A stretch of 64,000 nucleotides of DNA, taken from contig OZ219865.1 of assembly GCA_964291675.2 (NCBI GenBank), positions 224,001 to 288,000 on the forward strand, read 5' to 3'. Position numbers and translations under genes: made by a program. This DNA comes from Alphaproteobacteria bacterium (GTDB lineage: Bacteria; Pseudomonadota; Alphaproteobacteria; MPNO01). Within the stretch, counting starts at the first letter, position 1; the number at the start of each line of letters is the position of its first letter. A model generated the notes under the pieces. The model ran no database searches. It was not told the DNA's origin and saw nothing but the letters and a program-made list of their open reading frames with translations. Below are positions 9,510 to 17,745 of this stretch, in pieces.

Positions 9510-10433
9510 ATGAGCACCATCGAGAACATCGAGACCGGCGGGCAGTCCGTCACCGCGACCGTCTGCGAGAACGCGGCGCTGTTCGGCGCAGCCCCCGAGC
9601 GGGACGAGTTCGACAGCCGCGACGTCTGGGACCGCGACGATGCCAGCGACGCGGTGAGCGAGGCCTTCCGCATCCTGGCCCAGGGCGTCGCGCCCGACGG
9701 GGTCCAGCTCGCCGACGAGCGCGAGAGCCTGCTCTGGGGCTTCGTCAACTGCCTCGACAGCCAGACCCAGCGCCTCGACCGCGCCGCCGACAAGCTGATG
9801 CCCGAGATCCGCGACCTCCAGCGCGCCCAGGACGGCACCGAGATCAAATCCCGCGAGCTGGAACTGGTCACCGACCGGGCGCAGAACCTTACCGACCGCC
9901 GCGACGCCTTCGAGACCCTGCGCGACGAGGCCGCCGAGGCCTACCGGGTCGAGACCGGCAACGTCTGGCGGCCGCGGCGCGGGTCGCACGTCTCGCAGAC
10001 CGGCAAGCTGACCTCCGCCGCCATTGACGCCCGCGACTACATCCGCGCGAGGAAGGACCGCGAGACCATGGCCCATCTGCCGCAGGGCACCCTCGTCGCC
10101 ATCGCCGGCGGCAAGGACATCGCGGACCCGGCGGCGGTGATCGCCCGGCTCGACAAGGCCCGCGAGAAGTACGCCGACATGGTGCTCGTCCACGGCGGCG
10201 GCCCCGGCGTCGAGAAGATCGCGGCACGCTGGGCCGAGCGCAACGGCGTCCACCAGATCGTCTGCAAGCCGGACTGGGACCGCCACGGACGGGCCGCCCC
10301 GTTCCGCCGCAACGACGAGCTCCTCAACCTCCTGCCGAAGGGCGTCATCGCGTTCCCCGGCTCTGGCATCACCGAGAACCTCGTCGACAAGGCGCGGCAG
10401 CTCGGCATTCCGGTCCAGCGCGTCGCGGCCTGA
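9510..10433 (+). CDS. DUF2493 / YspA-like SLOG domain protein
   Basis: C-terminal VAIAGG, VLVHGG.PGVE, AAPFRRNDELL and AFPGSGIT motifs after a helical N-terminus. Confidence 0.85.
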   Translation: MSTIENIETGGQSVTATVCENAALFGAAPERDEFDSRDVWDRDDASDAVSEAFRILAQGVAPDGVQLADERESLLWGFVNCLDSQTQRLDRAADKLMPEIRDLQRAQDGTEIKSRELELVTDRAQNLTDRRDAFETLRDEAAEAYRVETGNVWRPRRGSHVSQTGKLTSAAIDARDYIRARKDRETMAHLPQGTLVAIAGGKDIADPAAVIARLDKAREKYADMVLVHGGGPGVEKIAARWAERNGVHQIVCKPDWDRHGRAAPFRRNDELLNLLPKGVIAFPGSGITENLVDKARQLGIPVQRVAA

Positions 10434-11039
10434 CCGCGGCGACCGGGCGGGCCGCGTCGTCATCCTCGGCAACGGGCGGTGACGGCGCGGCCCGTTTCCG
10501 CGTGCGCACATCGGTGGCCCGGCGACGCCCTCCTCGCGCGCGCTACGCGCGGCGCTCGTGCTCCGCGGCGGCTCCGCCGCTCTTCCCCCGCACCCGCAAA
10601 CGCGGTCGATGCACGACCGCGTCGAGTCCCGTGCGCCGAAGATCGTGACGGCCGTGCCGAGCGCTGCCACCGGTTTGGGCGCGTCGCTTCGCGACCGGGC
10701 TCTCCGCTCCTATCGCCGCTGCGCGGCGATACCGCTGCGATCCCTCGCGCCTCCGCGTCCTTCGGACGCTGCGCGCTCCGCTTGCCCGGCGGCTCGCTAC
10801 ACTCGCCGCCGCCCGGACGACCCGTTCGCGGCGAGGCTCAACCGCCTCGACCGTCGAACCGCCGTTCCCTCCGCGCGCGCTACGCGCCCCACTCGTGCGC
10901 AGCCTGCTCCGGACCACGACCCCGGCGCCGTCCGCTCAATCGCCGCGGCGGCTCCCCTCCGCCGGGTTCCCCGGCGTCGATTCCCCCATCGCGAATGCCG
11001 CCCGATGCGGTCTCTTCTGACCGCGGGGCGGCTGTTTCT

Positions 11040-11065
11040 CCACACCCCACGCAGCTTGCTGCAAG
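11040..11065 (-). other. oriT / nic site of the MOBF relaxase (predicted nick between 11042 and 11041)
   Basis: Minus strand reads GCAGC-AA-GCTGCGTGGGGTGT^GG. The core is identical to the F nic sequence and is preceded by a short inverted repeat, as in MOBF oriTs. Confidence 0.88.
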
Positions 11066-11210
11066 AGGGCGCATGCGCGCGCGGAGCGTGCCTTTGGCGT
11101 GCCTTGTCGGCGCCATTGCGCGCCCGCGGGCGCCAGCGTCTTGTTGGAGCGAGTCGATGCTCTGGGGAACCGCCGCGAAGCTGTTGGAATCGCGTGCTTT
11201 TTTCGGGCAT

Positions 11211-11294
11211 GGTTCTCCAGGGAACCGCCCGGATCGCCCCCGAGGTTCTCCGGAGAAGCGCCGATTCCAGCCCGCGCTTCTCCGGAGAAGCGCG
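11211..11294. promoter_or_regulatory. three phased TTCTCC(GGAGAA) palindromes; candidate relaxosome accessory-protein sites
   Basis: GGTTCTCCAGGGAACC at 11211, TTCTCCGGAGAA at 11246 and a perfect 22-bp palindrome at 11273-11294, spaced 32-33 bp apart. Confidence 0.55.
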
Positions 11295-11506
11295 CTCAAG
11301 GCCGGCGCATCTCCGATCCCGGACCGCTAACGGCCGGCGTTCAGGACACGCGCGAGGACGTCATCGATGTGGGCAAGCGCGGCATGGGCGCCGCGGGGAA
11401 CAAGCCGTTCGTCGCCTCGCACCGGAGCGGCCGGGGAGGGATCCCGCTCCCGCGGGCCGCCTGACACCGGCGGGCGGACCGGTCTCCAGCCGCGGCGCCG
11501 ACAACG

Positions 11507-11899
11507 CTAATCCGCCTCCGTGTGCCCGCTTTCCCCGCCCGGACCGCCGCCGATCAGCTCGTCCTGGAGCCCGCGCGCGCCGGCGATCAGCGCGTCCAGC
11601 TCGGCCTCGCGTCCGTCGTCGAGCATGTCGGCGCGCAGTTTCGACACCAGGATGTGGGCCGCCCGGAAGGTCAGTTCGATGAGCGGCGCCACCCGGTCCG
11701 CCGCCGCGCCCGCCGGCGGGCCGTCCGCCACCGCCGCCAGCGCGGCGAAGCGGACGAACTCCGGGCCCGTCAGGCCGCGTTCCTGGGCGGCGGCCTCGAT
11801 GCGTTCCCACTCCGGATCGAGGAACCGGATCGAATGCGGGTTGCGTTTCTCCGTCCTGCCGGTCTCGTCCGGGGCCGTTTCGGGCTGTTTATCGTCCAT
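11507..11899 (-). CDS. ribbon-helix-helix relaxosome accessory protein
   Basis: HSIRFLDPEWERIEAAAQERGLTGPEFVR fits an RHH pattern; lies between relaxase and oriT. Confidence 0.7.
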   Translation of the reverse strand: MDDKQPETAPDETGRTEKRNPHSIRFLDPEWERIEAAAQERGLTGPEFVRFAALAAVADGPPAGAAADRVAPLIELTFRAAHILVSKLRADMLDDGREAELDALIAGARGLQDELIGGGPGGESGHTEAD

Positions 11900-11980
11900 T
11901 CCGTTGTTCCCGTGGTTCCGGTTTGCCGCCAGGGGCGGCCGTTTTCGCACCTCCGCCGGAGGATCCGGCGGGCCGGCGCG

Positions 11981-14900
11981 CTACAGTCCGAGGTCCATGC
12001 CACCCCGGCCGCGCCCGGGCGCCGGCGAATCCGGCGTCTTCGAAGGGCTTTTCGCGGGCGTCTCCGCCTCCTCCCGCCCTCTGCCGGACTCCCGTTCGGC
12101 CCCGCGGTCCGGGCGCAGTCCGCGGTCCTGTTCGGCTTCTGCCCCCTTCTGCGGCGCGTCGCGCTTCATCTCGCCGACGCCTTCGAGCGCCGCGATGCGC
12201 TCGCCGGTGACGGCTTCGAGCTGCGCCTTCAGCTCTTCGGCGTTGTCCGTGACGAGCTCCGCCCGGTCCCGCGCCCGGCTGATCTCGACATAGAAGCTCT
12301 TCTGCGTGGTGAGATGCTTGTGCCTGGCCTCCATCGCGGCGATCACGTTGTCCACCGTGCGGCCCTGGAAGGCGTGGACGGTGGAGGCCCAGGCGTGGTC
12401 GAGATGGCGCAGCTGCGGGTCGCCCTTGCCCAGTTCGAGCGTCTTGCCGTCCTCCAGCCGGAACGTCACCCGCCCGTTGGCGACCCTGAGAACCTCCGCC
12501 GTGCGGCTGTTGACCAGCCCGAGCCCGGCGTCGTTGCGGGTCCAGCGGATGCGGTCGCCGGCACGCAGCTCGATGTCTTCCGCGCGAAAGACCTCGCTGC
12601 CGCCCCGGCGCCCGCCGATCTCGCCCGGCTTCCAGGCGACGGAGCCGCCCCTGCCGTCGTCGAGGAGCACCGCGCGGGCCTTGTGATCCACCGCGACCAC
12701 CTGCCGCTCGTCGCCCTTGTCGACGCCGATGCGCTTGTAGGGGCGGTGGAAGGCCACCGTATCGCCGACCGAATAGTTGCCGGCGAGCGCCTTCTCGGCG
12801 TCGGTGTAGCCCCTGGAGACCAGCCGTTCGGACTCCATGGTCGGCCCATGGATGCGGCCCTCGCGGGCGAGGCGCTCGCGGATATGACCGTTGATCGCCT
12901 GGCGCAGCTCGTGGGAGGGCGCCATCACGCCGGTATTGGCGCGCGCGTCGGCGTCGAGCCGGAGCCAGCGGGCCGCGACCGCGCCCGCGATATTGTCGGG
13001 TTTGACCTCCGCGACGTTGCTTCCGAGCTTCTCGAAGGCGCGCTCGATGTCGCCCTTGAGGCTCGCCAGGACCGCTTCCTTCAGGGCGGGATCGCGCTGG
13101 CGCATGATCTCGTCCATCGTCGCGGTCTGCATCCCGGCGGCCTGGAGCTGGGCGAAGGGTTTGCCCGCGTCCACCGCGTCGAGCTGTTTCGCGTCGCCCA
13201 CCAGCACCACGCGGGGGATGCGGAGCGCGTTGGCGATGCGCAGCAGGTCTCTTGCCTGGACGGTGGACGCCAGCGAGCCTTCGTCGACCACCAGGATGGT
13301 CTTCGCGAACGCCGCGCGCATCTCCCTGGCGCCCTTCCTCGTGAGCCTGCCCTCTGCCACGCCGGCGTTGCGGGCGAGGAAGCGCTGCAGGGTTTCTGAC
13401 TCGATGCCCGCCTCGGAGGCGAGCGTCTGCACAGCGGAGGCCGAGGGCGCGAGGCCCGTCATGCGGTATCCCTTCTTCTCCGCGAGGACCCGCGCCCGGT
13501 TCAGCATGGTGGTCTTGCCGGTGCCGGCGTAGCCCTGGACGCCGACCGTGCGGTCTTTCGCCGACAGGATCAGCTTCACCGCGTCCTTCTGCCCGGCCGT
13601 CAGCGGTCCCTTGTTGAGATGCCCCTGGACCTGCCAGCTCCGCATCGGCGCCCGGCCACGGCCCTGTCCGCCCCGCCAAAGGGCCACCGCCTCGCGCTCC
13701 TCGCCCACGGTCCGGTCGGTGGCGAGCGAGTCCTCGGCGCCGGGGATGTTCACCGTATGCAGGGTCCCGGCCTTCTCCAGCGCCGCGACTTCGCGCTCGA
13801 CGTCCCCGATCGCGACCGCACCTGGCCTATGGGCGAGCGCCGCGGCAAGCAGATCGGTGCGGGCGAACACCGCCTCCCGCTCCGACAGGTGCGCCATCGC
13901 CCAGGCGACCGCCTCCGTGGCAGGCGATGCCGATGCCGTTTCCGGGGAAGACTCTCGCTCGCTGCCGAGGGAGCGATCCGTCGACGCGACCCCCGCGCGG
14001 CTGCCGGGCTCTTCCCTGCCTTCGGTATCCGGGAGCGCCGGCGCAGCCGGCTCCGGTCCCCTGCCCGGTCGGGCCGCCTGTTCCGCCCCTGCGTCCCGCT
14101 CCGCCGAGGCCGGTCTGCCCATGGCCCCGGCCGCCAGCACGCGGGCATCGAGTCCCAGATCCGCGGCCTGCCGCTGCCAGACGCCCCTGAGTTCGTCCCG
14201 GTCGATGTCGCGCTTGCCGGCCCGGGTCATCAGCGCCGCGCGCTCGGCGAGGCGCGGATTGTCCGCCGAACTGCCGAGATTGCGTTCCGCCATCGCCGCC
14301 TCGATCTCGGCGCGGCGGCTGGAAAACGCCTCGATCGCTTCCCGCGGCACGCCGGCGATCTCGAAGCGGCCGTCCGCGTGGCTCTTCTCGATGCCGTAGC
14401 CGAGCCGCGACAGCGACGCGGCGAGCTCGCTGCGGTAGAGCATGCCGATCAGCTTCTGCTTCGCATACAGCCCCTCGTTGGCCATGGTGCGCCACTTGCC
14501 GTCCTCCCCCTTGACCATGTTGGCCAGCACCGCGTGGGTGTGGAGCTGCGGATCGAGGTTGCGCGAGGTGTCGTGCCGGAAGGTGGCGGCGACGATCTTC
14601 TGGTTGCCCACACGCGCCATCTTCCCCGTATCGGGCTCCTTCATGCGGGTCTCGGCGGCGTTCTTCTCGATCCAGGCCAGCGTCGCGGCTACCGCGTGGT
14701 CGTGGGCCTCGACGATGCGCCGGTCGCCGCCGACCAGGGCGGCGAGGGAGACCGATTTGGGCGCGCTGAAGGTGAGGTCTCGGCCGGGCCGATGCACGAT
14801 CTCCCCGTCCTTGCCGCGCTTGCCGAGCCGCCGCCCCGAGTCGTCCGGCACCCGGCCTTCGAGGACCGCGCGGAAGGTCTTCGGGTCGACGGGACCCTTC

Positions 14901-15037
14901 AGGCCGAGCTCTTCGGCCCCCCTGCCGGCCCAGGCGCTGGCCGCGCGGTGCTCGGGATCGTCCTTCGCGTAGTAGCCGTCGCGCTCGTAGTAGGACGCGC
15001 CCTGGGCGGCCGAACTCAGCGCGCCGATCGACAGCAT
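11981..15037 (-). CDS. traI: MOBF (TrwC/TraI) relaxase-helicase
   Basis: SYYERDGYY, DLTFSAPKSVS, HDTSRNLDPQLHTH, GYAGTGKTT, VVDE and FYVEISRAR motifs. Confidence 0.97.
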   Translation of the reverse strand: MLSIGALSSAAQGASYYERDGYYAKDDPEHRAASAWAGRGAEELGLKGPVDPKTFRAVLEGRVPDDSGRRLGKRGKDGEIVHRPGRDLTFSAPKSVSLAALVGGDRRIVEAHDHAVAATLAWIEKNAAETRMKEPDTGKMARVGNQKIVAATFRHDTSRNLDPQLHTHAVLANMVKGEDGKWRTMANEGLYAKQKLIGMLYRSELAASLSRLGYGIEKSHADGRFEIAGVPREAIEAFSSRRAEIEAAMAERNLGSSADNPRLAERAALMTRAGKRDIDRDELRGVWQRQAADLGLDARVLAAGAMGRPASAERDAGAEQAARPGRGPEPAAPALPDTEGREEPGSRAGVASTDRSLGSERESSPETASASPATEAVAWAMAHLSEREAVFARTDLLAAALAHRPGAVAIGDVEREVAALEKAGTLHTVNIPGAEDSLATDRTVGEEREAVALWRGGQGRGRAPMRSWQVQGHLNKGPLTAGQKDAVKLILSAKDRTVGVQGYAGTGKTTMLNRARVLAEKKGYRMTGLAPSASAVQTLASEAGIESETLQRFLARNAGVAEGRLTRKGAREMRAAFAKTILVVDEGSLASTVQARDLLRIANALRIPRVVLVGDAKQLDAVDAGKPFAQLQAAGMQTATMDEIMRQRDPALKEAVLASLKGDIERAFEKLGSNVAEVKPDNIAGAVAARWLRLDADARANTGVMAPSHELRQAINGHIRERLAREGRIHGPTMESERLVSRGYTDAEKALAGNYSVGDTVAFHRPYKRIGVDKGDERQVVAVDHKARAVLLDDGRGGSVAWKPGEIGGRRGGSEVFRAEDIELRAGDRIRWTRNDAGLGLVNSRTAEVLRVANGRVTFRLEDGKTLELGKGDPQLRHLDHAWASTVHAFQGRTVDNVIAAMEARHKHLTTQKSFYVEISRARDRAELVTDNAEELKAQLEAVTGERIAALEGVGEMKRDAPQKGAEAEQDRGLRPDRGAERESGRGREEAETPAKSPSKTPDSPAPGRGRGGMDLGL

Positions 15038-15038
15038 G

Positions 15039-17216
15039 TCAGTACCACTCGCCGGGCTCCGCCCCGTCCGTATCCCCCGGCTCACCGTCCGGCGCCGGGC
15101 CGGGCTCCGGCGCCTTCGGATCGGCGGTTTCCGGCTCGGCCGCGGGCGGTTCGCCGTTCGCCTTCGGCGTCCCGCCCCTGGCGGTATCTTGCCTGCGCGC
15201 CGTGCGCTGGCGCCCCTTCTTCCCCGCAGTCCCGTTCGCGTCCGGACCGCCGTCCGTTTCCGCCCCCGCGGCCTCGCCCGGCAGCGGCGCAAGGTCCAGC
15301 TCGCGCTGAAGAAGAACGGTGTCCCCCGCGCCACCCGGCGCCTTTGCCGGACCCGTACGGGCCTCGCCGGGCGGGTCCGGGATCGCGATGCCGTCATCGT
15401 CGGCAGTTTCAGGAATTGGCGATGGCGGCGGGTTGCCCGGATCGCCGGCAGGTTTACAGGTCTCCGTCGGGCCCTCTTCGCGCGCCACGAACCGCTCCGC
15501 CGCCTTCGGCCGGGCGACGTATTTGAGGCGGATGGAGGCGACCGGGAAGGGGCCGGGGAACTTGAGATAGCCCGAGAGGTTCGGCAGCCGCATGATCTCG
15601 GAGGGGAGCGCCAGCGCGCGCAATTCGCGGCGCGGCGTCAGCGAGACGCCGTCGCGGATGGTGTTGGCGCCGTAGCTGAACCCCTCCGACACTTCCTCGA
15701 TCTCGCTGCGACCGAGGCTGTCGGCCGACCACTGCGCGGTGTCCCGGTCGGGCGCGGCCAGCACGACGCGGGTGCCGCAGAGACCTGAGATGGTCTCCGC
15801 CCCGTTGCGGCCGTAGAGATCGCGCAAGGCCGACGCCACCTGGACGCCGAGCACGAAGCAGCCGCCGAACTGGCGCGACTCGGCGAGCCCCGGCTGGAGC
15901 GAGGGCACCTGGTGGAGGGTGGGGAGCTCGTCCAGGATGACCCAGATGCGCCGCCCGTCGTCCTGGGCGAGCGAGAGCATCGCGTTGACCGCAATCTCGA
16001 GCCAGGTCGAGATCAGACCGCGCAGGCTCGCATGCTGGTCGCCCCTGGACGTGAGGAACAGGAACCCGTCCCGGTCCTCGTCGGAGATCCACTCCCGGAT
16101 CGAGAACGGCTTGCCTTGGTCCGGCAGGAACTCGAGTGCGGACAGGTTGGCCGTGAGCATGGCGCGCACCGAGAGCGCGGTCTTCGGGTTGTCGGGATCG
16201 ACGATGGACTGCGCGACCGTGCCCTCCATCGCCTCGGCGAGCGCCGTCAGGTCGGTCTTGAGCAGATGGTCGACCAGGACCCGGTTCTCGACGATCCCCT
16301 TCTGCCGGAGCACGCCGGCGCCGTTGGAGAACAATTGCCTTGCGGCGGTCACCCAGAACGGGTCCACCGTGTCCTTCTGCTGCGGGATCAGCGCGGCCGC
16401 CATCATGTCGAAGTCGCGCGGGTTCCTGGCTTCGAGGAACGGCGACCAGCGCGGAGCGCGGGCATCCAGCGGGTTCATCAGCACGTCGCGGCGTTCATCG
16501 AAGAAGGACCGGGTGTAGCTCCCCATCTTGTCGTAGAGGACGCAGCGCTCGCCGCGGGCGCGGACCTGAGAGACGAGATCGGAGATCAGCACGGTCTTGC
16601 CCGAGCCGGTGGTGCCCGAGACGATCGTGTGCTGGGTCTCGGCGCGCTCCGGATACGGGATGCCGGCGATGGACCAGGGGCGGAGACGCCGACCGCCAAG
16701 CATCCGCTCGAGCGCGCGGAGGCGGGCGGGCCGCACCCGGCGGCGCAGCTCGCCGGCCGTCACCATCTCGGCGCCCCTTATGCGCCGCTGGCGGCCGAGC
16801 TGCGCGCCGCGGACCCGGAACGCGATCAGGAACAGCCCGATCAGCCCGCCGCCCGCCGCCAGGCCCAGCCCGGCGCTTGCGAACGTCTCCTCCTTGATGC
16901 GTTCCCGCGCCTCGCGTGCCGGCACGGACACCGCGATGTCGCGGATCCGCAGCACGCGCCGCGTGCCGTCGGCGAAGCGGATTTCCTGGCCCGAGTCGGG
17001 ATCGTAGCCGAGCGCGAGCTTGACCTCGGCCAGCGTCACCATGCCGGCGGCGTACCACTCCGCCCCCGTGGTGCGGTGCCACAGCGTCCAGGCCGGCACG
17101 GCGACGGTGGTGAAGGCCGCGAACAGCATCGCCGCCCGGAACAGCTGCCCCCACATGCGGATCGAATGGAAGACGGTCTGGCCGCCCCGGAGCGTGCTGC
17201 CGCCGATGCCGCGCAT
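15039..17216 (-). CDS. traD: type IV coupling protein
   Basis: Two N-terminal TMs, Walker A GTTGSGKT, Walker B WVILDELP and RGGQ N-terminal motif. Confidence 0.95.
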   Translation of the reverse strand: MRGIGGSTLRGGQTVFHSIRMWGQLFRAAMLFAAFTTVAVPAWTLWHRTTGAEWYAAGMVTLAEVKLALGYDPDSGQEIRFADGTRRVLRIRDIAVSVPAREARERIKEETFASAGLGLAAGGGLIGLFLIAFRVRGAQLGRQRRIRGAEMVTAGELRRRVRPARLRALERMLGGRRLRPWSIAGIPYPERAETQHTIVSGTTGSGKTVLISDLVSQVRARGERCVLYDKMGSYTRSFFDERRDVLMNPLDARAPRWSPFLEARNPRDFDMMAAALIPQQKDTVDPFWVTAARQLFSNGAGVLRQKGIVENRVLVDHLLKTDLTALAEAMEGTVAQSIVDPDNPKTALSVRAMLTANLSALEFLPDQGKPFSIREWISDEDRDGFLFLTSRGDQHASLRGLISTWLEIAVNAMLSLAQDDGRRIWVILDELPTLHQVPSLQPGLAESRQFGGCFVLGVQVASALRDLYGRNGAETISGLCGTRVVLAAPDRDTAQWSADSLGRSEIEEVSEGFSYGANTIRDGVSLTPRRELRALALPSEIMRLPNLSGYLKFPGPFPVASIRLKYVARPKAAERFVAREEGPTETCKPAGDPGNPPPSPIPETADDDGIAIPDPPGEARTGPAKAPGGAGDTVLLQRELDLAPLPGEAAGAETDGGPDANGTAGKKGRQRTARRQDTARGGTPKANGEPPAAEPETADPKAPEPGPAPDGEPGDTDGAEPGEWY

Positions 17217-17347
17217 CACGCTCTCCCCGCCGCCGCGCGGCACGCCGCCCGGAGGCCGGGTCGGGCCGGGGGCCGGGCGAAGGAGGCCGGGCCGGAGAAA
17301 GCCGCCCGGAACTCCGCCTGTCCCAAACCGCCGTATCCCCGGAGGCC

Positions 17348-17728
17348 ATGACCATGACGGGAATATCCACGACCCCGGCGCCCGCCGCGCCCACCCGGAC
17401 CGAGCGCGCCGTCTTGCTCGGCGGCTTCGTGCTTGCGGCGCCCGCCACCGCGTGGTCCGCGGTCACGGCAGCCTGCCCCGGACCCGTTCCGGGGCCGGAC
17501 ATCGAGACGGTCGGCGCCGCGTGGCTCGCAGCGGGCGCCTGGGCCGCCCTCTCCTCGCTGGCGCTCGCGCTCCGGCGGGGTTTCCGCCACGGCGACTGGA
17601 GCCCCTTCCGCCGCTACAGGCTCCCGGACGGCCCGGATAGCGATCTCGACATCGACACGAGGACGGGCATGTACGCGTATCTGCGCGACGAGGAGGATCG
17701 GCTGCTCCACGACGATGACCGGCGCTGA
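17348..17728 (+). CDS. small 2-TM membrane protein convergent with traG; entry-exclusion candidate
   Basis: GGAGG RBS, two hydrophobic segments and an acidic tail; the only credible + strand gene in the tra block. Confidence 0.55.
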   Translation: MTMTGISTTPAPAAPTRTERAVLLGGFVLAAPATAWSAVTAACPGPVPGPDIETVGAAWLAAGAWAALSSLALALRRGFRHGDWSPFRRYRLPDGPDSDLDIDTRTGMYAYLRDEEDRLLHDDDRR

Positions 17729-17745
17729 ACGGCCCGCGGCCCGGA

